From assembly GCF_001194135.2 (NCBI RefSeq), contig NC_069007.1, positions 4,174,718 to 4,221,615 on the forward strand: DNA of 46,898 nt. The letters run 5' to 3'. Origin of the DNA: Octopus bimaculoides (Eukaryota). The notes under the pieces were generated by a model, which was not told the origin of the DNA, did not search any database, and saw only the letters and a list, made by a program, of their open reading frames with translations. A program made the position numbers and the translations under genes. Within the stretch, counting starts at the first letter, position 1; each line of letters opens with the position of its first letter. This document shows positions 37,304 through 44,021 of the stretch, one piece after another.

Positions 37304-38643
37304 CCTTTCTCTCTCTTTCCCTCCATAATAATTTACTTCTTCCTTCGTTATAACTGTCTATCTCTCCTCTCGTCTCCAATCCTACAGGACATTTTAATTT
37401 TCCTTTGTTACCCCACATACCTGTCTTGCGGCCGCATGGCCTTTTTTCTTGTATAAGTATATTTCATTTTGTCATGTTTGTTTTCAACATTGTCCAGTAC
37501 ATTCGTTAGCTATTCCCAGTGGACAGATTTCCTTTCGTAATTGTCTTTCTATTTCTTTTGTAGCTGTTGGTTATCCAACACACCTTTCTATGTTGCTTTC
37601 TTGACTCCCGTGGTTATCATTCTTACTTTAAACCTTGGCATATTCCTTTACGTTATCTGGCGAGTTGTCACGATGCAAAAATTCAGCAATGTTATGCACA
37701 AAACAAGAAAGGTACGCTTTTGGGGCGCCGTTGGTCTTTGCATCCTTCTGGGTTTTACCTGGATCATAGCATTCTTTTCTTTTGGTAAAGCGGCGGAAGC
37801 ATTTCAATATCTCTTTGCTATCTTCAATACGCTTCAAGGAACGTTTATCTTCATATTCTACTGTATATACAAGAAAGATACCAGAGATATCATTCACCAG
37901 TTTATACGTGATCAAAAGGAAAAATTTGACAAGAAGAGAGAGAGTAAGTGCAATTTCGTCTTTCTTACTTCTGCAACTACCAAAATTAGCATCGATGTTG
38001 TCATAATAAGCAATGTGGAGGCGCAATGGCCCAGTGGTTAGGGCAGCGGATTCGCGGTCATAGGATCGCGGTTTCGACTTCCAGACCGGGCGTTGTGAGT
38101 GTTTATTGAGCGAAAACACCTAAAGCTCCACGAGGCTCCGGCAGGGGATGGTGGCGAACCCTGCTGAAGAAACGCGTTTTTTCTATCATTCAATTTCTTT
38201 ATTTCGTTATATGTGGTTTGTTCCTGAAGAATATGTTTGTTTTCTCAACATATGAAACTATAAGTAGCGCTTTAATACATGTGTTGTTACCTTTAAATAA
38301 ATAATGTGTGTGTGTGTGTGCATATAGGTGTGTATATATAAGTGTGCTTCTATGAGAAACATTCACTCTTGAGGTCCGTTATTGTTCACCATAACTTACG
38401 GGCCGTGTAAAGTGTGTATTGTTAATCACTGCTTCATCTTCGGTAATGATATCTTTTCATTTATAAGAAAAAAGTTACTGGCAAATGGAGTTACATAGGA
38501 ATATAATGTTTAAGTATGATTGTGCTTTTTCTTTTTCTTTCAAAAGAATAATATTTTTTATACTTTTTTTTCCATTGTTTCCAGATACATATGATAAAAT
38601 GAAAACAGAAGGTGGAACAGCAGAAACGGAGATACAGAATTAA
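241..38643 (+). CDS. Adhesion GPCR (ADGRG-like 7TM) with LRR-LRRCT-Ly6/uPAR-SEA-like-HormR-GAIN ectodomain; 21 exons in window, 5'-partial
   Basis: Exons 241-312, 2538-2609, 5857-6032, 8117-8208, 11303-11486, 12373-12592 (spans gap), 13609-13664, 14409-14566, 16380-16494, 18342-18496, 19695-19926, 22181-22346, 22736-22894, 25266-25394, 27483-27632, 28327-28448, 32079-32202, 33727-33871, 34655-34727, 37564-37943, 38585-38643. All have AG/GT boundaries, matching phases and no visible stops; GPS motif and 7 TM segments recovered. Confidence 0.93.
499..1670 (-). mobile_element. tRNA-derived SINE family B copy interrupted by a gap
   Basis: Tail ttttacttgtttcag...; body ccaaatccactcacaagg...tagtagaagacacttgcc shared with other copies. 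Confidence 0.75.
1690..1832 (-). mobile_element. SINE family C copy
   Basis: Reverse complement of ggcagtgagctggcagaatcgttagc...gagttcaaattccgcc...ctttcatcgctttcggggtcgataaa. Confidence 0.7.
2538..2609 (+). CDS. aGPCR exon: LRR unit (72 nt, phase 2-2)
   Basis: ctttcag|a...gagat|gtaagt; [23 protein letters not shown](I) fits the typical extracellular LRR consensus. Confidence 0.93.
2988..3415. mobile_element. Tc1/mariner-superfamily MITE with nested SINE-B fragment (about 3042-3222)
   Basis: Perfect 23-bp TIRs ccgtatttgatggcctataagac / gtcttataggccatcaaatacgg flanked by TA on both sides. Confidence 0.85.
3637..3905. mobile_element. Inverted pair of Penelope-like element termini carrying a degenerate hammerhead motif
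   Basis: 3637-3751 (-) and 3766-3905 (+) share aaggctggagggt(a/g)tatcagccg(a/g)aacgttgt...caagatgaggacaaatatc in opposite orientation, separated by (AAT)n. Confidence 0.65.
4363..4622. mobile_element. hAT-type MITE
   Basis: TIRs tagtggttctcaa / ttgagaaacactg; exact 8-bp TSD ggttaaat (4355-4362, 4623-4630). Confidence 0.85.
4737..5130 (+). mobile_element. Young tRNA-derived SINE family A, full length
   Basis: A-box-like tggtgcagtgg, B-box-like ggtttcgattccc, (CAA)n tail, 17-bp TSD acaatgtccctgcctgg. Confidence 0.9.
5142..5471 (-). mobile_element. Older relative of SINE family A
   Basis: Diverged tail and body homology; flanked by atgtccctgcct at 5130-5141 and 5472-5483. Confidence 0.7.
5857..6032 (+). 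CDS. aGPCR exon: LRR C-terminal cap (LRRCT)
   Basis: tttacag|t...caaa|gttagt; [58 protein letters not shown] has the CxC...C...C LRRCT pattern; phase 2 to 1. Confidence 0.88.
6205..6792 (+). pseudogene. Degraded R4/Dong-like non-LTR retrotransposon RT fragment
   Basis: RGTFLGDNL...[11 protein letters not shown]...DIG.FG.DK...YRYLGVDE...[13 protein letters not shown] with stops and frameshifts. Confidence 0.75.
7003..7387 (+). mobile_element. SINE family A, full length
   Basis: gtggaggcgcaatggcccagtgg head; 13-bp TSD tagtgaccgttca. Confidence 0.92.
8117..8208 (+). CDS. aGPCR exon: Ly6/uPAR-like domain, N-terminal half
   Basis: ctatag|ac...aatgag|gtaaac; [30 protein letters not shown] (LxCxxC start); phase 1 to 0. 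Confidence 0.88.
8530..8960 (+). pseudogene. Tx1/L1-like ORF2 remnant: APE endonuclease start joined to ORF2 C-terminus
   Basis: [19 protein letters not shown]...[25 protein letters not shown], then [26 protein letters not shown], similar to 26000-26119. Confidence 0.6.
9060..10610 (-). pseudogene. R4/Dong-clade (RLE) LINE, 5'-truncated and degraded
   Basis: RT end ([17 protein letters not shown]), zinc knuckle CRMCG...C, RLE motif DFQTD...RRPDVV...IIDVAVP...EKVDKY, C-terminus [17 protein letters not shown]. Confidence 0.88.
10737..10888. repeat. (ATT)n/(ATC)n microsatellite
   Basis: Direct inspection. Confidence 0.95.
10888..11177 (-). mobile_element. Short 3' end of a second R4/Dong-like LINE embedded in (TAA)n
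   Basis: [20 protein letters not shown]...[20 protein letters not shown] plus 3' UTR; (ATT)n arrays on both sides. Confidence 0.85.
11303..11486 (+). CDS. aGPCR exon: Ly6/uPAR-like domain, C-terminal half
   Basis: gttatag|tct...gttg|gtgagt; [61 protein letters not shown] with terminal CCxxxxCN motif; phase 0 to 1. Confidence 0.9.
11629..12258 (-). mobile_element. SINE family B: partial copy plus full-length copy with internal CA/TA microsatellite
   Basis: Head revcomp gcaggagtagctgtgtggtaagtagc..., B-box-like gggttcagtccc, tail gaaacaagtaaaag. Confidence 0.85.
12373..12592 (+). CDS. aGPCR exon(s) mostly hidden in the 190-N gap
   Basis: Acceptor ttttcttccgtag|g just before the gap; after it only the frame TAPREIAEV is open and ends at gtt|gtaagt; bridges a phase-1 exon to a phase-0 exon. 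Confidence 0.72.
12754..13331 (+). pseudogene. maT (DD37D) Tc1/mariner transposase C-terminal remnant with probable right end
   Basis: [14 protein letters not shown]...Q*DSTLSH...[12 protein letters not shown]...VEAEGGFIE*; 37 residues between 2nd and 3rd Asp; ends ...catcctg|TA. Confidence 0.85.
13609..13664 (+). CDS. aGPCR exon: SEA-like segment
   Basis: ccattgcag|atg...tgtgg|gtaagc; [18 protein letters not shown](G); phase 0 to 2, the phase needed to join 14409. Confidence 0.8.
13822..13980 (+). mobile_element. pogo/Tigger-like MITE left end
   Basis: TA|cagtaatccctcgactgtcgcg start; second TIR not found. Confidence 0.5.
14409..14566 (+). CDS. aGPCR exon: SEA-like segment, C-terminal part
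   Basis: tatttcag|g...gaaa|gtaagt; [52 protein letters not shown]; phase 2 to 1. Confidence 0.82.
14615..15172. mobile_element. Two SINE family C copies (+ 14615-14850, - 14985-15172) around an (AAT)n tract
   Basis: ggcagcgagctggtagaatcgtta head; revcomp copy with cgaccccgaaaggataaaaggcaaagttgacc. Confidence 0.7.
16060..16280. repeat. Compound (CTG)/(CTA)/(CAC) triplet microsatellite
   Basis: Direct inspection; source of poly-T/poly-Y pseudo-ORFs. Confidence 0.95.
16380..16494 (+). CDS. aGPCR exon: HormR/HRM domain, part 1
   Basis: cattttcag|ac...aactg|gttcgt; [37 protein letters not shown](C) matches C..WP.T..G....C...A.R.C. Confidence 0.92.
16578..16964 (+). mobile_element. SINE family A, full length
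   Basis: Near-identical to 7003-7387; no clear TSD. Confidence 0.9.
17668..18060 (+). mobile_element. Two diverged SINE family C copies
   Basis: ggcggtgagctggtagaatcg... and ...gagttcaaattccaccgaagtcg...catccttccgaggtcaataaa. Confidence 0.7.
18342..18496 (+). CDS. aGPCR exon: HormR part 2 / start of GAIN
   Basis: ttttcag|t...gaac|gtgagt; [51 protein letters not shown] (W..PD.S.C motif). Confidence 0.92.
18523..18914 (-). mobile_element. SINE family A, full length
   Basis: 13-bp TSD tgtgtttcgaaat (18510-18522, 18915-18927). Confidence 0.92.
19091..19345 (-). mobile_element. SINE family B 3' half
   Basis: ttttactcttttacttgtttcagtcatttgactg...ggacaaacacagac. Confidence 0.8.
19695..19926 (+). 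CDS. aGPCR exon: GAIN subdomain A (helical)
   Basis: gttgcag|ga...agcag|gtaaaa; [76 protein letters not shown]. Confidence 0.9.
20016..20385 (-). mobile_element. SINE family A variant
   Basis: Same head and tail with small indels; approximate TSD atag(c/t)attagt. Confidence 0.88.
20525..20865 (+). mobile_element. Tandem partial SINE family C copies
   Basis: ctttgcctttcatcctttcg...atcgacttaatccctttgtctatccttg present twice. Confidence 0.75.
21037..21316 (-). mobile_element. SINE with family A head and body but a different 3' tail
   Basis: 14-bp TSD atttctgaataatt; tail ...gaaaccgggcccatgagcctggctaggctttgaaaagggcgaaaaaa instead of ...ggagtgccaacaac. Confidence 0.85.
21419..21595. repeat. (TAG)n/(CAG) microsatellite
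   Basis: Direct inspection. Confidence 0.95.
22181..22346 (+). CDS. aGPCR exon: GAIN
   Basis: ctcacag|a...actacg|gtacag; [55 protein letters not shown]. Confidence 0.9.
22736..22894 (+). CDS. aGPCR exon: GAIN subdomain B
   Basis: cctccag|gta...tatagg|gtatgg; [53 protein letters not shown] (ISLP.SL motif). Confidence 0.9.
23586..23831 (-). pseudogene. Tc1 (DD34E-type) transposase fragment running into a gap
   Basis: TVKHGGGSL...[64 protein letters not shown]. Confidence 0.85.
25266..25394 (+). CDS. aGPCR exon: GAIN subdomain B
   Basis: tttgcag|gca...gatcag|gtaata; [43 protein letters not shown] (INS.IIAAS...L.EPV.I.F). Confidence 0.92.
25545..25800 (-). mobile_element. Unclassified repeat family D fragment
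   Basis: aaccccaaagaat...ggctatgatgct...ccactact...ggttaaggtcaa shared with 33019-33431. Confidence 0.6.
26000..26300 (+). mobile_element. Tx1/L1-like LINE 3' fragment
   Basis: [39 protein letters not shown], homologous to 8820-8950. Confidence 0.55.
27483..27632 (+). CDS. aGPCR exon: GPS proteolysis motif
   Basis: tttcag|aat...ctaatg|gttggt; [50 protein letters not shown]. Confidence 0.96.
28327..28448 (+). CDS. aGPCR exon: TM1
   Basis: tggcag|gac...tttaa|gtaagc; [40 protein letters not shown](K). Confidence 0.94.
28474..28682 (+). mobile_element. SINE family B 5' half
   Basis: ggctgtgtggcaaaaagcttgg...ggttcagtcc...ccttgtgagtggatttggtag. Confidence 0.8.
28687..29059. repeat. C-rich minisatellite, about 19-20-nt unit (CATCCTGACAGACCCxTCCCC), runs into gap
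   Basis: Repeated catcctgacagac cores. Confidence 0.9.
29901..30231 (-). mobile_element. SINE family A, 3' end lost in gap
   Basis: Near-identical to other copies. Confidence 0.9.
30240..30738 (+). pseudogene. CR1-like LINE RT C-terminal remnant
   Basis: [14 protein letters not shown]...[12 protein letters not shown]..., later LEKR...DL; heavily degraded. Confidence 0.5.
30739..31029. mobile_element. hAT-type MITE
   Basis: TIRs cagggattttcaaac / gtttgaaaacccctg; 8-bp TSD gtatagaa / gtatataa. Confidence 0.82.
31598..32060 (+). mobile_element. Two SINE family C copies
   Basis: ggcggcgagctggcagaatgg... and ggcaagatggcagaatcgttagc... heads with ctttcatcc domain. Confidence 0.75.
32079..32202 (+). 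CDS. aGPCR exon: TM2
   Basis: tatttcag|a...tgtaag|gtaagt; [41 protein letters not shown]. Confidence 0.94.
32299..32683 (+). mobile_element. SINE family A, full length
   Basis: TSD acttcc(g/t)ctagt. Confidence 0.92.
33019..33431 (-). mobile_element. Unclassified repeat family D, 5'-truncated, embedded in (TAA)n
   Basis: (ATT)n on both sides; homologous to 25545-25800; no tRNA head. Confidence 0.7.
33727..33871 (+). CDS. aGPCR exon: TM3-ICL2-start of TM4
   Basis: cattgcag|aca...tggg|gtatgt; [48 protein letters not shown](G). Confidence 0.95.
34509..34594. repeat. Perfect 36-bp inverted repeat with 14-nt loop
   Basis: tatagcctgaacaggataaactatccctattttgca / exact reverse complement at 34559-34594. 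Confidence 0.95.
34655..34727 (+). CDS. aGPCR exon: TM4-ECL2
   Basis: ttgtcag|gt...gaagt|gtaagt; [23 protein letters not shown](V). Confidence 0.92.
35298..35686 (-). mobile_element. SINE family A, full length
   Basis: TSD aataaat(a/c)acaat. Confidence 0.92.
35980..36045 (-). mobile_element. hAT (Charlie-like) terminal remnant
   Basis: revcomp aggggtccgcaatccccggcctgcaggccacatccggcccgcg. Confidence 0.55.
36225..37065 (+). pseudogene. Tc1 transposase N-terminal remnant interrupted by a SINE
   Basis: HTH-like [22 protein letters not shown]...[11 protein letters not shown]...; FSDE motif duplicated as TSD around the SINE. Confidence 0.85.
36637..37024 (+). mobile_element. SINE family A, full length
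   Basis: 12-bp TSD attctctgatga (36624-36635, 37025-37036). Confidence 0.93.
37564..37943 (+). CDS. aGPCR exon: ECL2-TM5-TM6-TM7-helix 8
   Basis: ttttgtag|c...gaga|gtaagt; [27 protein letters not shown]...[10 protein letters not shown]...[26 protein letters not shown]...KKRE. Confidence 0.95.
38015..38166 (+). mobile_element. SINE family A 5' half
   Basis: Head through ...gaaccctgctg, then homology stops. Confidence 0.85.
38585..38643 (+). CDS. aGPCR terminal coding exon
   Basis: gtttccag|at; (N)[18 protein letters not shown] then TAA at 38641-38643; phase matches the preceding donor. Confidence 0.8.
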
Positions 38644-38881
38644 AATCAAGGAATTGTCTGCAAATCGTCTTTGATCATATTTTTTGTTATAAATCTAAAA
38701 TTTCTTTTTATATTATATCCAACATACTTCCATATAAGGAAACTTTATTTTTACTTATCAACACAAAACTATGCAAGCATGAATCCATTTAATCCGCAAT
38801 GTAATTAAAACGAAATTCAGTGCCTTATAAGTTTACTGGAAAACAGAAAACCTGGGAAGCTTTTATTTTTATTTTATATCT

Positions 38882-39160
38882 GTTGTTGTTGGCACCCCAT
38901 CGCTTACGACGTCGAGGGTTCGAAGCAGTGATGAAAAAGTTGTGATTCTTTCATCACTCTTTCTTCCTGTTTCTGTTGTGCCTGTAATTCAAAGGGTCAG
39001 CCTTGTCACACTGTGTCACGCTGAATATCCCCGAGAACTACGTTAAGGGTACACGTGTCTGTGGAGTGCTCAGCCACTTGCACGTTAATTTCACGAGCAG
39101 GCTGTTCCGTTGATCGGATCAACTGGAACCCTCGACGTCGTAAGCGACGGAGTGCCAACA
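38882..39160. mobile_element. Rearranged SINE family A: inverted tail fragment plus sense 3' half
   Basis: gttgttggcaccccatcgcttacgacg (-) followed by cactctttcttcctg...gtgccaacac (+). Confidence 0.8.
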
Positions 39161-39467
39161 CACACGTGTTGGAGGTCTTCAACGGATAATTGAGGATTAG
39201 GCTGATCCTTTACATCGCTGCAAATACGTATGGTTGCGTTGGTTCTTCATCCATCTCCGAGTTGGTATAGAGCTGCTGAAACAGCTATTAGGAAAATCGC
39301 GCTGGTTTGAGTATGAAGCTGTAAAAAAGCCATGAGAGAGGAATTCAGCGGGGGACCTTTACAATGATGGGATGTATGCCGAACTGAAGCATTGACATGA
39401 AACAGGTTAGAAATGTAGTGAAAAACATTATTCTATCAAAATTGTTAACGTGTTTTGCATGTTATTA

Positions 39468-40920
39468 TCTATATATATAAAAATGAGAATGTGTGTCTGT
39501 CTGTGTGAATCCCTAAAACTCGAGAACTACGCAACCAATTTCATTCAAATTTTACACATGCCTTACTTAGGGTTCCAGTTGTGTTTTAGTCAAAAAAAAT
39601 TATTAACTTCTTGCAGAGTTCGAGCACACGGCAACATAATATCTCCTCCACTATTTAAGTATTACGTGTCAAAAGTGAAACAAAAACACTCATGTCAAAT
39701 ACTTTCACTTTAAAAATGAAACTATTCCACTAACTGAAACAATCACATTTCGATACTGTAGTGACAGATACTTTCACAGAGAGAGAAAGAGAGAANNNNN
39801 NNNNNNNNNNNNNNNNNNNNNNNNNNNNNNNNNNNNNNNNNNNNNNNNNNNNNNNNNNNNNNNNNNNNNNNNNNNNNNNNNNNNNNNNNNNNNNNNNNNN
39901 NNNNNNNNNNNNNNNNNNNNNNNNNNNNNNNNNNNNNNNNNNNNNNNNNNNNNNNNNNNNNNNNNNNNNNNNNNNNNNNNNNNNNNNNNNNNNNNNNNNN
40001 NNNNNNNNNNNNNNNNNNNNNNNNNNNNNNNNNNNNNNNNNNNNNNNNNNNNNNNNNNNNNNNNNNNNNNNNNNNNNNNNNNNNNNNNNNNNNNNNNNNN
40101 NNNNNNNNNNNNNNNNNNNNNNNNNNNNNNNNNNNNNNNNNNNNNNNNNNNNNNNNNNNNNNNNNNNNNNNNNNNNNNNNNNNNNNNNNNNNNNNNNNNN
40201 NNNNNNNNNNNNNNNNNNNNNNNNNNNNNNNNNNNNNNNNNNNNNNNNNNNNNNNNNNNNNNNNNNNNNNNNNNNNNNNNNNNNNNNNNNNNNNNNNNNN
40301 NNNNNNNNNNNNNNNNNNNNNNNNNNNNNNNNNNNNNNNNNNNNNNNNNNNNNNNNNNNNNNNNNNNNNNNNNNNNNNNNNNNNNNNNNNNNNNNNNNNN
40401 NNNNNNNNNNNNNNNNNNNNNNNNNNNNNNNNNNNNNNNNNNNNNNNNNNNNNNNNNNNNNNNNNNNNNNNNNNNNNNNNNNNNNNNNNNNNNNNNNNNN
40501 NNNNNNNNNNNNNNNNNNNNNNNNNNNNNNNNNNNNNNNNNNNNNNNNNNNNNNNNCACTGTCTGTAGCTGGTCTTCTCTTGGAAGAGCCCTGCTTCTCA
40601 CATGGACAACTGTATGTTGGCTGCTCAAGAGTGGGCAGCAACAAAAAAACCTATTTGTATATGCTCCACAAGGGAAAACAAGGAACATAGTTTACAATGA
40701 GGTGTTATAATCACAACAGCAAGAAAGTATGTACATGATCACCTTCTTTTACGAAACTTCATTGACTTTCATATATTTATATTGATATACATATATATAC
40801 GTGTGTTTGGGTGCGTGTGTGTATATACATCTCTCTATATAAAGATGATGCGTAGTCTAGACGGCGTTTTTAGATTTCATTATTCTGTTTAACCCGGGCA
40901 ACGCCGGGTATTTCTGCTAG
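39468..40920 (+). mobile_element. Helitron (gap inside) with helicase C-terminal remnant
   Basis: A|TCTATATAT 5' end; VAGLLLEEPCFSHGQLYVGCSRVG (Helitron PIF1-like motif) at 40557-40690; hairpin cccgggcaacgccggg then CTAG|T. Confidence 0.82.
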
Positions 40921-41728
40921 TATTATATAAAATTGTTAACAGTTTTACATGTTATTATATTATATAAAATTGTTAACAGTTTTACATGTTATTATATTTC
41001 ACCTAAAATCACAGATAAAAAGATAAATACGAATAAATCTGTCAAACAACATTTTTCATGTAACTCCATTATTTTCGCTTGTGTTTTATACCATATTTGA
41101 TCAACTAAATGCGATTATTTTATAAGTGAACACAACGGTGCATTTCCTAGATACTAAAAGATAGCCGGTAAGTCACAGCTGCCGCTTATCAAACATTCTT
41201 TTTTTGCTATTGATTTTTTTTTCTTTTTGTTTTGGCATTTTTTGTTTCTTTCTTTTTCTTTTTACCTTAACAAAATTGGAAAACATTTTGTTTGGAAAAT
41301 CCAATACTGTTCCTCCTTCGTCACCATATTCCTACCAAGACAAGAATTCGCTTGTTTCTCATTCATTATGTCATGTATATTCTTGAATGATGTCAGAAGT
41401 TTTTTTTTTTACAAAAATGCTATTCCGTGTTTACAGCATTGTTATAGACCCAGCGTGTTAGCTTTCTTTCAATTGCTACAGCTTGATACGTAGATCTATA
41501 ACGATAACATTACTAAAAAGGGACAATAAACGGGAGATGGCTGTTTCAAGGCTTAAAGAGTAGAAGCAGTTGTTGTTATTGTTGTTGTGGTTGCTGTTGC
41601 CCTTGTTTAACCCCATGTCAGCCCTGACCGAGTAGACCTAAGATCGATCAGATGTGTCCTAGTGAAGATCATTTCAACTTTCTTCAGGGAATTGTCTATC
41701 AGGGACTACATTATCCAGTGTGTCACTC

Positions 41729-41807
41729 CATTTACTCTTTACTCTCTTTTTTACTCTTTTACTTGTTTCAGTCATTTGACTGCGGCCATGCTGGAGCACC
41801 GCCTTTA

Positions 41808-41865
<58 letters not shown>

Positions 41866-41882
41866 TTGCACGCGTGTGTGTG

Positions 41883-41924
<42 letters not shown>

Positions 41925-42135
41925 TGTCTGTCTGTTTGTCCCCGCCTTCACTGCTTGACAACCGTATTGGTTTGTTTGCATCCCCGTAACTTAGCGGTTC
42001 GGCAACAGAGATCGAGAGAATAAGTACCAGACTTAACAAAAAGTGGCTGGGATCGATTCGTTCGGCTAAAAAACTTTTCAGGCGGTACCCCAGCATAGCC
42101 ACGGTCTAATGACTGAAATAAGTAAAAGATAAAAG
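41729..42135. mobile_element. Back-to-back SINE family B 3' fragments around a CA/GT microsatellite
   Basis: (-) tail 41729-41810 and (+) 3' half about 41900-42135. Confidence 0.75.
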
Positions 42136-43531
42136 ATAATATATCTACTTTTTAAACCTTTGAACCTCTGGGTGTATTTTAGCGAACACGGTTTCGTTTG
42201 ACCTTTGCCCCTGGAAGACAGAGAAGCGGGCGACTGCAGGGTTTTGTGTTTCTGGTTCACTAATTGGCAGAAAAAAAGTTATTTTCAGCCCTAAACACAA
42301 AATTATGTGGTTGCTCGCGTTTGCGTCTTCCAGGAGTATAGACAAACGAAATTGTGAGCTCAAAGGGTGAGATAAGAGGGAGATTTGGCTGTTGTTTTTC
42401 GCAGATATAGCAACCTGCCTTTGTCGGTATTTGGTCGGTGGAAACTGTTCGGAAGACTCTCGTGGGACTGTTTCTGTTCTTAGTAGTTGCGTAGCCAGGT
42501 TATAATATTCCTAATTGTTAATGACTTGTAGGTATGTGGTATTTCGTTATGCAACCATAATATACTATAAAGTATATAAAAAAATTTTTATTAGTGAACA
42601 CCACGTTCTACTGTGTTAGCAGTGCTATATCAGCTCCAGGAATGCGTTTTATATATAAATTGGCATACCGAATAACTTAACACCGCTGTATGCGGTGGCT
42701 ATATAGACAATGTGTTCGGAGGCGAGAATGGGGTAGATGGGTGTTGATGAAGGGTCAAGCCCACACCCCCGAAATTTGGCATATACAGTCATTACCCATT
42801 CTTGTCTTCGATCTTATTGTTTATATCTGACGTCTCGATACGAAACGTTATAGCAAAAAATCGGTGCGGGCTATGATTTCTTTCGAATATCTGTAGAAAC
42901 AGCCTAAACAAAGTAATTCATAATTGTATTTTACATTCATTAATTTCATGTTTCACTAACAACGTAATTATGTATGAAACGTACAGCTACTGATATAAGG
43001 TGTAACGTGAAAAAAGATGAAGCTCCGATGCCGAGGGGTTACAACTTCAGGGTTTGTTTTGGCTCTTCAGATGTCTGTGGCCACCAACACATCACAGGAG
43101 TTTGAGCAAACAATTTAAAAACACAGGAGGGTGATCAAAATACAGTAATGACTCTAGAAAGTTCTTCCAAGGCCATTCGATAAAGAATAGAAAAAAAATG
43201 GAGATTCGACTTTTATCGCATTAGTAAATTGAAGATTTTAAAAAATTGTTGAAAAGGAGCCAATTNNNNNNNNNNNNNNNNNNNNNNNNNNNNNNNNNNN
43301 NNNNNNNNNNNNNNNNNNNNNNNNNNNNNNNNNNNNNNNNNNNNNNNNNNNNNNNNNNNNNNNNNNNNNNNNNNNNNNNNNNNNNNNNNNNNNNNNNNNN
43401 NNNNNNNNNNNNNNNNNNNNNNNNNNNNNNNNNNNNNNNNNNNNNNNNNNNNNNNNNNNNNNNNNNNNNNNNNNNNNNNNNNNNNNNNNNNNNNNNNNNN
43501 NNNNNNNNNNNNNNNNNNNNNNNNNNNNNNN

Positions 43532-43813
43532 AGACACGTGTACCCTTAACGTAGTTCTCGGGGATATTCAGCGTGACACAGTGTGACAAGGCTGGCCCTT
43601 TGAATTACAGACATAACAGAAACAGGAAGTAAGAGTGAGAGAAAGTTGTGGTGAAAGAGTACAGCAGGGTTCGCCACCATCCCCTGCCGGAGCCTCGTGG
43701 AGCTTTAGGTGTTTTCACTCAATAAACACTCACAACGCCCGGTCTGGGAATCGAAACCGCGATCCTATGATCGCGAGTCCGCTGCACTAACCACTGGGCC
43801 ATTGCGCCTCCAC
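43532..43813 (-). mobile_element. SINE family A, 3' end in gap
   Basis: Near-identical to other copies. Confidence 0.9.
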
Positions 43814-44021
43814 TAAAAAAAAAAACCCCAAAACAAAACGAAAAACAAACCTAACAAATACAATTGTATTGTTATAATCATGTACATCACTTTAAATTCT
43901 TTTATTAAAATCTAGAATATTTTTATAATCAAAAGCAAAATATTTTATAATATTCTCTCAAATTAATAAAAGAAATCTTATAAAAGTAATTGATTTTTCT
44001 TCAATATTTAGGTTTGAATTA

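Noticed and set aside
37944-38041. Read-through C-terminus SKCNFVF...VEAQWPSG
   Set aside because: There is a strong gtaagt donor at 37944 and a phase-matched terminal exon; the read-through runs into a SINE.
509-43589. Long ORFs in the track made of X, poly-I/Y/T/V/S/H or CV repeats
   Set aside because: They arise from N gaps and microsatellites, not coding sequence.
4737-43813. tRNA-like sequences (A/B boxes) at many positions
   Set aside because: They are SINE heads with bodies, tails and TSDs; no complete cloverleaf tRNA gene was seen.
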